Shown here piece by piece: positions 17,237 to 24,000 of a stretch of 24,000 nucleotides of DNA. Source of the stretch: Streptococcus mitis (GTDB lineage Bacteria; Bacillota; Bacilli; Lactobacillales; Streptococcaceae); assembly GCF_047465045.1 (NCBI RefSeq), contig NZ_JASHAR010000001.1, positions 87,758-111,757 on the forward strand, written 5' to 3'. Below the pieces are notes generated by a model, which made no database searches, was not told where the DNA came from, and saw only the letters and a list, made by a program, of their open reading frames with translations. The translations under genes and the position numbers were made by a program. Every line of letters begins with the position of its first letter. Within the stretch, counting starts at the first letter, position 1.

Positions 17237-17266
17237 TTGTCAGAATCTATGCCTAAATGGTATAAT
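17237..17266 (+). promoter_or_regulatory. Promoter of the three-gene island operon
   Basis: TTGTCA (17237-17242), 18-nt spacer, TGgTATAAT (17258-17266). It lies ~35 nt upstream of ATG 17301. Confidence 0.6.
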
Positions 17267-17300
17267 AAGCGTATAAAAATAATTTGACAGGAAATGTATT

Positions 17301-18935
17301 ATGGCTAATGAGAATGAGTTACTCGCATTACGATCATCAAATATTGAGATTGAATACGACGAATTGCTTAATTTAGAAAATTCTCTAGAAAATAATCTCA
17401 AAGATCTTATTAAAGATATAGAAAAAATTGATTTAGATAGGGAAAAATTACAAAATAATGAATACCTTCAAGAATCTATTGAGAATATAGTCTGGGAGCA
17501 AGTGCAACTTCAACTTGCTGCCCAAATTGGTGATGAGTTTATTAAAGAGAACAACGGACAAACCCTAGATTTACGAAAAGAAGCACATATACAAACTGCT
17601 GAAAACTTTGAAAAAGGTAAATTTGCAACCCATAATAGAGATGTTAATTATCAAGAAAGATATGCTAAATGGCAAGATAACTTTACTACTAATAAAGATG
17701 GCGAAAGAGTTCTTAAAAGTGATGCTCGTGATTTCTTTGATAAAGGTAGAGACAAAGGTTCAGGAGCAGTTCATAAAGACCATACGGTTTCTATAAAGGA
17801 ACAATTAAATGATGTTGAAATGGCAACATTTTTCTCAAAAGAACAAGTTAAAGAGTTTGCTAATAGTTCTAAAAATCTACATGATTTAGATGCATCTGCT
17901 AATATGTCCAAGGGCGATAAAACTATGACTGAATTTTTGAATTCAGAAAGAGATGGATTAAAGCCTGAAGAGCGATTTAATATTGATAGAAAACAGTTAG
18001 AAAAAGATGACCGAGAGGCTAGGGAAGAACTTCAAAAAAGGAAACAAGAAAATAAAGATACTGCTATAAAATCAGGTAAAAAATCACGACGCGATGAGGC
18101 ATTAAAAATTTCCGGAAAAGCTTTGAAAGCAGTGCTTTTACAGTTATTATCAGAATTTTTGCGAGAATTGATTTCTAAATTTATCTCTTGGCTAAAAGAT
18201 ACAGAAAGAAACTTATCGACTTTTATTGATAAAATAAAAGAGGCTATCATATCTTTTGTAAATAACTTAGCAAATCATGTATTAAATGTCGGTAAATCTG
18301 TAGTTACAATGATTGCGTCTGCAATAGTTGGACCTGTAATTAATACAGTTCTTAAAGCTTGGACATTTATACACCAAGGTTGGAAATCTTTGAAAGAAGC
18401 AATAGATTATATAAAGAATCCTGAAAATAAAGATAAAAGCCTTGATATTATGATGTTAGAGGTTGGAAAAATTATTGTTGCGGGTTTAACAGCTACAGGT
18501 GCAATTGTAGTTGGGGAAGCTTTAGGAGCATCCCTCACAGCAAGTTTTCCAGTTTTGGCTATTTCAATACCACTTTTGGGAACAATCGGTAGCGTCATTG
18601 GAACATTTATGGGAGCAACTTTATCAGGAATTATTGGCGCTTTCGTATTAAAAATGATTGATCAGCAAATTGTCAATAAACAGATTACTGAATTAAGTTC
18701 TAAGAAAATTGATCAAAATAATGAAGTGTTAGTAATCAAAGATCAATTACTAGATGTAAAGAGCATAAAGCTTCAAGTAGAAAAAGATTCTGTTATCAAT
18801 ACTATTAAGGAAAGACATGATATGGCTGCTTCAATAATGAAAGAAAAGTTATCAGATATTTTTACAGAATCTACAAGAGACGATAAAAGTGACTTTGATG
18901 AGATTGATAGTTTATTACAAGAATTATTAGATTAG
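17301..18935 (+). CDS. Island gene A: 544-aa coiled-coil protein with an HNH/His-Me-finger-like motif and a glycine-zipper multi-TM block; no family recognised
   Basis: N-terminal heptad-like acidic region. The motif is HKDH (aa 158-161), then N192, then N201-x-x-K-G-x-K. A Lys/Arg-rich linker follows. The hydrophobic Gly/Ala/Ser-rich block spans aa ~333-453 (e.g. GLTATGAIVVGEALGASL, LLGTIGSVIGTFMGATLSGIIGAF). The tail is an acidic C-terminal coiled coil. Confidence 0.7.
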   Translation: MANENELLALRSSNIEIEYDELLNLENSLENNLKDLIKDIEKIDLDREKLQNNEYLQESIENIVWEQVQLQLAAQIGDEFIKENNGQTLDLRKEAHIQTAENFEKGKFATHNRDVNYQERYAKWQDNFTTNKDGERVLKSDARDFFDKGRDKGSGAVHKDHTVSIKEQLNDVEMATFFSKEQVKEFANSSKNLHDLDASANMSKGDKTMTEFLNSERDGLKPEERFNIDRKQLEKDDREAREELQKRKQENKDTAIKSGKKSRRDEALKISGKALKAVLLQLLSEFLRELISKFISWLKDTERNLSTFIDKIKEAIISFVNNLANHVLNVGKSVVTMIASAIVGPVINTVLKAWTFIHQGWKSLKEAIDYIKNPENKDKSLDIMMLEVGKIIVAGLTATGAIVVGEALGASLTASFPVLAISIPLLGTIGSVIGTFMGATLSGIIGAFVLKMIDQQIVNKQITELSSKKIDQNNEVLVIKDQLLDVKSIKLQVEKDSVINTIKERHDMAASIMKEKLSDIFTESTRDDKSDFDEIDSLLQELLD

Positions 18936-18945
18936 GGAGATAAAT

Positions 18946-19674
18946 ATGGAAGAAGAAGTATTTGAGCAAGAGCAAGAACAAGAAACAATTGAAATAAACA
19001 TTAGAAAACATGATTTCGATGAAGCGAAAGAGCATCTGAAAGAGTTTGCTGAACAAAGTCAAGATGAATTGTATTTTGATACAGTTAGAACTCATGAAGA
19101 CTTCTTTGGTTTTGAATTTGCTGAACATGGGGTTACTGGTAAAGAGTTTAATACTTTAGTTGAACAAACTCAAAATTACATTTCAAAATTTTATGATAAT
19201 CAACAAACACTTATTGAAGAATTTGGTCAAGTTTATAAAGCTTTAGAAGCTCTTGATAAAGGTCATATTCAAGCAATTCTTTCTTCTGTAGCAGCAATTG
19301 ATCATACAAATAAAAAAATATTAAAAGAACAAGTACGTATTGATAAAACCATTGAGAAACAAAAAGCAACTCTAGTAGCTCTTAAGCAATTTAAAGAGAA
19401 ATTTAACGAAGAAAATAGCAAAAACTCTATCGAAAAACATGAGGTAATACTTTCTAAATTCAATGATAGACTTGTAAATCTAGAACAATTCGCAAGTACT
19501 CTTCCTTCAGAACCAGTTTCAAATACTGGAGAAATTGAGCAACTTAGGAGAGAATTGAACGAAAGTAAACAACAAATTCAATTTATTTCAAATCGCCTCC
19601 TAATAGTCTTTGTTGTTTCTGGAATTTCTATTGGTATGTTAGTGATTGCCTTGCTTTTCATGTTATTGAGGTAA
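18946..19674 (+). CDS. Island gene B: 242-aa acidic coiled-coil protein with a single C-terminal TM anchor (tail-anchored)
   Basis: RBS gggaga 5 nt before the ATG and only a 10-nt gap after gene A. The N-terminus is E/Q-rich. The only hydrophobic segment is LLIVFVVSGISIGMLVIALLFMLL at aa 218-241. Confidence 0.65.
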   Translation: MEEEVFEQEQEQETIEINIRKHDFDEAKEHLKEFAEQSQDELYFDTVRTHEDFFGFEFAEHGVTGKEFNTLVEQTQNYISKFYDNQQTLIEEFGQVYKALEALDKGHIQAILSSVAAIDHTNKKILKEQVRIDKTIEKQKATLVALKQFKEKFNEENSKNSIEKHEVILSKFNDRLVNLEQFASTLPSEPVSNTGEIEQLRRELNESKQQIQFISNRLLIVFVVSGISIGMLVIALLFMLLR

Positions 19675-19677
19675 GAT

Positions 19678-20799
19678 ATGTCAACTTCTCGAGATAAATT
19701 AATTTGTAGCGCAAAGAAATTAGACCTCTATTTTGGAAAAGAAAATAATTATCTGGATAAAGTAAATAATATTATAAAAAATCATACTGATACAAAATCA
19801 GTAGCAGAATTATATAAATCTATTTTTTTATTACAGCAAATTAACAAACGAAACAAGCTTACACCTTTATTAAAAGATTTATCTGATAATCTAGCTAGTT
19901 TCCTTGGATATACTTATCTATTTGATACTTTAGAAAAAGAGTTGAGTCACCAAAAGAAATCGTCTTTAGACGACCTTTTGGTGGAACTAAATCAGTTAGT
20001 AGGTTTAGAGAAGGTAAAAAAAGAAGTTAATCGTTTAATTATTTATCAAAAAGTTCAGTCAAAAAGGAAAGAGTCTGGCTTAAATATTCCTAAAAGAACT
20101 TTACACATGGCTTTTATGGGAAATCCAGGAACAGGAAAAACAACTGTTGCTAGAATTATTGGAAGAATGTACTACCAATTGGGACTTTTATCCAAAGGAC
20201 ATTTTATGGAAGTCTCCAGAACAGATTTAATTGCAGGTTACCAAGGACAAACTGCACTGAAAGTTAAAGATATCATAGAAAAGGCGAAAGGTGGAGTTCT
20301 CTTTATTGATGAGGCGTATAGTATTACTGAAAATGAAAATACTGATTCATATGGTCGAGAATGTTTAACAGAACTTACAAAGGCCTTAGAAGATGCACGA
20401 GATGATTTAATTGTTATTGTAGCTGGTTATACCGAACCAATGAACCATTTCTTTGAATCAAATCCTGGTTTGAAATCTCGATTTAATTATTTTATTAATT
20501 TTGAAAATTATTCTTCTACAGAATTGTTAGATATTTTTGAAACATTAGCAAGAAAAGACGACTACCATACAGATGACAAGCTGAAAGAAGTATTATTAAA
20601 TTATTTTAATGAAAAGTTAGAAAGTAATCTCACCAATTTTTCTAACGGTCGCTTTGTTCGAAATCTATATGAAGATTTAATAATGAATCAAGCTGTCCGA
20701 CTTAACCAAAGTGAAGCTGTGAGTTCAAAAGAATTAACTTTGTTGATTAAAGATGATTTTTGTATAAATGAAAATCGTTCTAGTGACATAGATTTATAA
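19678..20799 (+). CDS. Island gene C: AAA+ ATPase of the CbbX/SpoVK/EccA-C-terminal type with a unique ~100-aa N-terminal domain
   Basis: 3-nt gap after gene B, with the GAGG RBS inside the gene B 3' end. Motifs: L..LVGLEKVKKEV, Walker A GNPGTGKTT, Walker B VLFIDEAY, VIVAGY, NPGLKSRF and NGRFVRN. Confidence 0.8.
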   Translation: MSTSRDKLICSAKKLDLYFGKENNYLDKVNNIIKNHTDTKSVAELYKSIFLLQQINKRNKLTPLLKDLSDNLASFLGYTYLFDTLEKELSHQKKSSLDDLLVELNQLVGLEKVKKEVNRLIIYQKVQSKRKESGLNIPKRTLHMAFMGNPGTGKTTVARIIGRMYYQLGLLSKGHFMEVSRTDLIAGYQGQTALKVKDIIEKAKGGVLFIDEAYSITENENTDSYGRECLTELTKALEDARDDLIVIVAGYTEPMNHFFESNPGLKSRFNYFINFENYSSTELLDIFETLARKDDYHTDDKLKEVLLNYFNEKLESNLTNFSNGRFVRNLYEDLIMNQAVRLNQSEAVSSKELTLLIKDDFCINENRSSDIDL

Positions 20800-20871
20800 T
20801 CAAATGAAATAATGAATCTTCAAACTGTTTATGAATGTATTATTGACCGTTGCAGCTAATTTACGAATCTG

Positions 20872-20900
20872 AACCCTTGTATCTGCAAGGGTTTTCTTCT
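20872..20900 (+). terminator. Rho-independent terminator closing the island operon
   Basis: aacccttg-tatctg-caagggtt stem followed by the T-rich ttcttctt. Confidence 0.6.
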
Positions 20901-20951
20901 TACTTTCTTTTTATGGTAAAATATTTTTAATAAAATATCTACATTTCCCCC

Positions 20952-20994
20952 AATCTTACAAAAATGTAAGATTAAAGTCTCTTTTGTAAGATTA
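20952..20994. promoter_or_regulatory. BceR-type response-regulator operator: inverted repeat plus an extra half-site
   Basis: aatcTTACA-aaaa-TGTAAgatt (20952-20973) is a perfect 9-bp inverted repeat fitting the published TNACA-N4-TGTAA consensus for BceR-like regulators. tgtaagatta repeats at 20985-20994, exactly 20 bp later. The site is upstream of the BceAB-type genes. Confidence 0.6.
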
Positions 20995-21057
20995 GGTTAT
21001 GGCAAGCGGTCTTTTTTTGATGTAAACTAGACTCATAAAGAACAAAGGAGTAACATC

Positions 21058-21168
21058 ATGAAACAAATCTTACAGAAGAAAACAAGAAAACCAAGCCATA
21101 AAGATATCGAGCGCGTTCAGCTGGGATGCGCTATGATGCAAGAGACATTTCATTTGATGGGATATTAA
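21058..21168 (+). CDS. 36-aa upstream small ORF (MKQILQKKTRKPSHKDIERVQLGCAMMQETFHLMGY), function unknown
   Basis: My own translation. Strong RBS aaaggag 7 nt upstream. The stop lies 14 nt before the ABC ATPase start. It sits between the operator and the transporter genes. Confidence 0.35.
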   Translation: MKQILQKKTRKPSHKDIERVQLGCAMMQETFHLMGY

Positions 21169-21182
21169 GAAAGGAGATTCTC

Positions 21183-21941
21183 ATGACACTTTTAGATGTA
21201 AAACACGTTCAAAAAATTTATAAAACTCGTTTTCAGGGCAACCAAGTAGAAGCTCTCAAGGATATTCACTTTACCGTCGAAAAGGGTGACTACGTTGCCA
21301 TCATGGGTGAGTCTGGTTCTGGTAAATCAACTCTTCTCAATATCCTAGCTATGCTGGATAAACCAACTCGTGGTCAGGTTTACTTAAATGGAACGGACAC
21401 CGCAACCATTAAAAATTCACAAGCCTCTAGCTTCCGTCGTGAAAAGCTAGGATTTGTCTTCCAAGACTTTAACTTGCTAGATACTCTCTCTGTAAAAGAC
21501 AATATCTTGCTTCCGCTTGTCTTGTCAAGAAGACCCATTACGGAAATGATGAAGAAATTGGTGGTGACAGCTGAGAATCTGGGAATCAACCAATTGCAAG
21601 AGAAGTACCCTTACGAGATTTCTGGTGGTCAGAAACAGCGTGTAGCAGTAGCACGCGCTATCATTACAGAACCTGAAATTCTCCTTGCGGATGAGCCAAC
21701 AGGAGCCCTTGACTCCAAGTCCTCTGCAGCCTTACTTGATGTCTTTGATGAAATCAATGAGCGTGGCCAAACCATTCTTATGGTAACCCACTCAACAGCA
21801 GCAGCTAGCAGAGCTAAACGTGTACTCTTTATCAAAGACGGCATTCTTTACAACCAAATCTACCGTGGAGAGAAGACAGAACGTCAGATGTTCCAAGAAA
21901 TCTCTGATACCTTGACTGTCATGGCAAGCGAGGTGAATTAG
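21183..21941 (+). CDS. BceA/VraD-type ABC transporter ATP-binding protein (peptide-antibiotic resistance type)
   Basis: Walker [10 protein letters not shown], signature [14 protein letters not shown], Walker [14 protein letters not shown] place the start at ATG 21183 (RBS aaaggag) rather than the ORF-track start at 21126. An FtsX-type permease follows immediately. Confidence 0.85.
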   Translation: MTLLDVKHVQKIYKTRFQGNQVEALKDIHFTVEKGDYVAIMGESGSGKSTLLNILAMLDKPTRGQVYLNGTDTATIKNSQASSFRREKLGFVFQDFNLLDTLSVKDNILLPLVLSRRPITEMMKKLVVTAENLGINQLQEKYPYEISGGQKQRVAVARAIITEPEILLADEPTGALDSKSSAALLDVFDEINERGQTILMVTHSTAAASRAKRVLFIKDGILYNQIYRGEKTERQMFQEISDTLTVMASEVN

Positions 21942-21942
21942 T

Positions 21943-23931
21943 ATGTTTCGATTAACCAATAAGTTAGCGGTATCGAACTTGATTAAAAACCGCAAACTCT
22001 ACTATCCTTTTGCGCTGGCTGTTCTCTTGGCAGTCACCGTCACCTATCTCTTTTACTCCTTAACCTTCAATCCCAAGATTTCGGAAATCCGTGGAGGGAC
22101 AACCATTCAAGCTACTCTAGGATTTGGTATGTTTGTCGTCACCCTTGCGTCAGCCATTATCGTCCTCTATGCCAATAGTTTTGTCATGAAGAACCGTTCC
22201 AAGGAACTAGGAATTTATGGCATGTTGGGCTTGGAGAAGCGTCATCTAATCAGTATGACCTTTAAAGAGTTAGTGCTATTTGGAATTTTAACTGTTGGAG
22301 CAGGTATCGGTATTGGAGCCTTGTTTGACAAGTTAATTTTCGCTTTCTTGCTCAAACTGATGAAATTGAAGGTGGAACTGGTCGCTACCTTCCAGATGAA
22401 AGTTGTCATTACAGTACTTGTTGTCTTCGGTTTGATTTTCCTAGGCCTCATGTTACTGAATGCCCTTCGAATCGCCCGTATGAATGCCCTCCAGCTCTCG
22501 CGTGAGAAAGCTAGTGGTGAGAAAAAAGGACGTTTCCTTCCTCTCCAAACTATTCTTGGTGCGATTAGTTTAGGTATTGGTTATTATCTTGCGCTTACTG
22601 TAAAAGATCCTCTTACAGCCCTAACAATCTTCTTCTTAGCTGTTTTGCTGGTTATCTTTGGTACTTATCTTTTGTTCAATGCAGGAATTACAGTTTTCCT
22701 TCAAATCTTAAAGAAAAACAAGAAATACTATTACCAGCCCAATAACCTTATCTCAGTGTCCAACTTGATTTTCCGTATGAAGAAAAATGCGGTTGGACTA
22801 GCAACTATCGCTATTTTGTCAACAATGGTTTTGGTAACCATGTCAGCAGCGACTAGTATTTTCAATGCCTCAGAAAGCTTTAAAAAAGTTCTAAATCCTC
22901 ATGATTTTGGGGTTTCAGGACAAAATGTTGAAAAAGAAGACTTGGACAAACTCTTGAGCCAGTTTGCAAGTGACAAAGGTTATAAGATTAAAGAGAAAGA
23001 AGTTCTTCGTTACGCTTACTTTGGTGTTGCAAACCAAGAAGGTAGCAAGTTAACCCTTTTTGAAAAAGGACAAAATCGTGTCCAACCCACAACAGTTTTC
23101 ATGGTATTTGACCAAAAAGATTATGAAAATATGACTGGCCAAAAATTGTCTCTATCAGGAAATGAGGTCGGACTCTTTGCAAAGAATGAGGGAGTTAAAG
23201 AACAGAAAGCTCTAACTCTAAATGATCATCAATTTTCTGTCAAAGAAGAATTTACTAAAGATTTCATTGTAAACCATGTTCCAAATCAGTTTAATATTTT
23301 GACTGCTGATTACAATTACCTTGTTGTACCTAATTTACAAGCCTTTTTGGATCAATTCCCAGATTCGGCTATCTATAATCAGTTTTACGGTGGTATGAAT
23401 GTAAATGCCAACGAAGAAGAACAACTCAAGGTCGCTGAAGAATATGATAAATACCTCAATCAGTTTAATGCTCAATTAAACACGGAAGGTAGCTATGTTT
23501 ACGGTAGCAATCTAGCAGATGCTAGTTCTCAGATGAGTGCCCTCTTTGGTGGTGTCTTCTTTATCGGTATTTTCCTATCCATTATCTTTATGGTCGGAAC
23601 TGTTCTGGTCATCTACTACAAACAAATTTCTGAAGGCTATGAAGACCGTGAGCGCTTTATTATCTTGCAGAAAGTCGGTTTAGATCAAAAGCAAATCAAG
23701 CAAACTATTAACAAACAGGTTTTAACTGTTTTCTTCCTTCCTTTGCTTTTTGCCTTCATACATCTAGCCTTTGCCTACCATATGCTTAGTCTGATTTTAA
23801 AAGTGATTGGTGTAATAGATACGAATATGATGTTGACTGTGACCTTGTCTATCTGCGCTATCTTCCTCATCGCCTATGTGCTGATTTTCATGATTACTTC
23901 AAGAAGTTATCGCAAGATTGTGCAAATGTAA
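21943..23931 (+). CDS. BceB/VraE-type FtsX-family ABC permease
   Basis: 662 aa. The TM clusters are separated by a large hydrophilic loop (about aa 310-520), which is the typical BceB architecture. Its start lies 1 nt after the ATPase stop. Confidence 0.85.
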   Translation: MFRLTNKLAVSNLIKNRKLYYPFALAVLLAVTVTYLFYSLTFNPKISEIRGGTTIQATLGFGMFVVTLASAIIVLYANSFVMKNRSKELGIYGMLGLEKRHLISMTFKELVLFGILTVGAGIGIGALFDKLIFAFLLKLMKLKVELVATFQMKVVITVLVVFGLIFLGLMLLNALRIARMNALQLSREKASGEKKGRFLPLQTILGAISLGIGYYLALTVKDPLTALTIFFLAVLLVIFGTYLLFNAGITVFLQILKKNKKYYYQPNNLISVSNLIFRMKKNAVGLATIAILSTMVLVTMSAATSIFNASESFKKVLNPHDFGVSGQNVEKEDLDKLLSQFASDKGYKIKEKEVLRYAYFGVANQEGSKLTLFEKGQNRVQPTTVFMVFDQKDYENMTGQKLSLSGNEVGLFAKNEGVKEQKALTLNDHQFSVKEEFTKDFIVNHVPNQFNILTADYNYLVVPNLQAFLDQFPDSAIYNQFYGGMNVNANEEEQLKVAEEYDKYLNQFNAQLNTEGSYVYGSNLADASSQMSALFGGVFFIGIFLSIIFMVGTVLVIYYKQISEGYEDRERFIILQKVGLDQKQIKQTINKQVLTVFFLPLLFAFIHLAFAYHMLSLILKVIGVIDTNMMLTVTLSICAIFLIAYVLIFMITSRSYRKIVQM

Positions 23932-23937
23932 AAAAAG

Positions 23938-23970
23938 ATACCTCGACTTCAAAATCGAGGTATTTCTTGT
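23938..23970 (+). terminator. Rho-independent terminator
   Basis: atacctcga-cttcaaaa-tcgaggtat stem followed by T-rich sequence. Confidence 0.65.
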
Positions 23971-24000
23971 ATTTTATACTCAATGAAAATCAAAAAGCAA
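23969..24000. repeat. Probable start (boxA module) of a pneumococcal-type BOX repeat, cut by the window edge
   Basis: tatactcaatgaaaatcaaaaagcaa closely resembles the boxA start (ATACTCAATGAAAATCAAAGAGCAAAC...) as I remember it. Only ~30 nt are visible. Confidence 0.45.

Noticed and set aside
18032-19128. Minus-strand ORFs inside the island (18032..18250, 18407..18598, 18871..19128), and + strand ORF 17608..17796.
   Set aside because: They are nested in or antisense to the three coupled island genes and have no translation signals. Long spurious frames are expected in AT-rich, stop-poor antisense sequence.
20913-20921. TGgTAAAAT extended -10-like element downstream of the island terminator.
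   Set aside because: It would fire upstream of, and through, the BceR-type operator, and I found no matching -35. I keep it only as a note in the island-boundary finding.

Overview
The window reads as chromosome of a low-GC Gram-positive coccus. The best fit is a mitis-group Streptococcus, inferred from gene content and order: rnc overlapping smc, ribF, tex, an sprT-like gene, a PspC-domain gene, an SMU_746c/747c-type permease pair, a BceAB-type ABC transporter, and what looks like the first ~30 nt of a pneumococcal-type BOX element at the right edge. I saw no rRNA, tRNA or CRISPR array.

Three AT-richer accessory patches interrupt the core genes:
- Patch 1 (1-3.7 kb) is a plasmid-like module. 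It holds a ParA ATPase, a small ribbon-helix-helix protein, a short RepA_N-domain protein, a small membrane protein and an ISLre2/UPF0236-type transposase. A reiterated 15-mer, a 28-bp palindrome and a 25-bp direct-repeat pair organise it. An orphan promoter and a structured ~150-nt transcript follow it, just upstream of rnc.
- Patch 2 (13.4-14.2 kb) has a lone small nuclease-like gene followed by a consensus promoter and an unexplained ~120-nt RNA-like region.
- Patch 3 (17.3-20.8 kb) is a tightly coupled three-gene operon wedged between the pspC-like gene and the BceAB locus. Gene A is a 544-aa coiled-coil protein with an HNH/His-Me-finger-like motif and a glycine-zipper membrane block. Gene B is a 242-aa tail-anchored coiled-coil protein. 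Gene C is a CbbX/SpoVK/EccA-clade AAA+ ATPase.

The patch 3 operon is my top candidate for an undescribed system, a membrane-associated conflict or defence module. That functional reading is inference only, because no homology search could be run.

Secondary leads:
- a Pol-beta nucleotidyltransferase plus zinc-ribbon multidomain gene pair (9.5-11.4 kb);
- two near-identical leaderless promoter-ATG cassettes, at ribF and tex;
- a BceR-type operator with no cognate two-component system in the window;
- two unannotated small ORFs.
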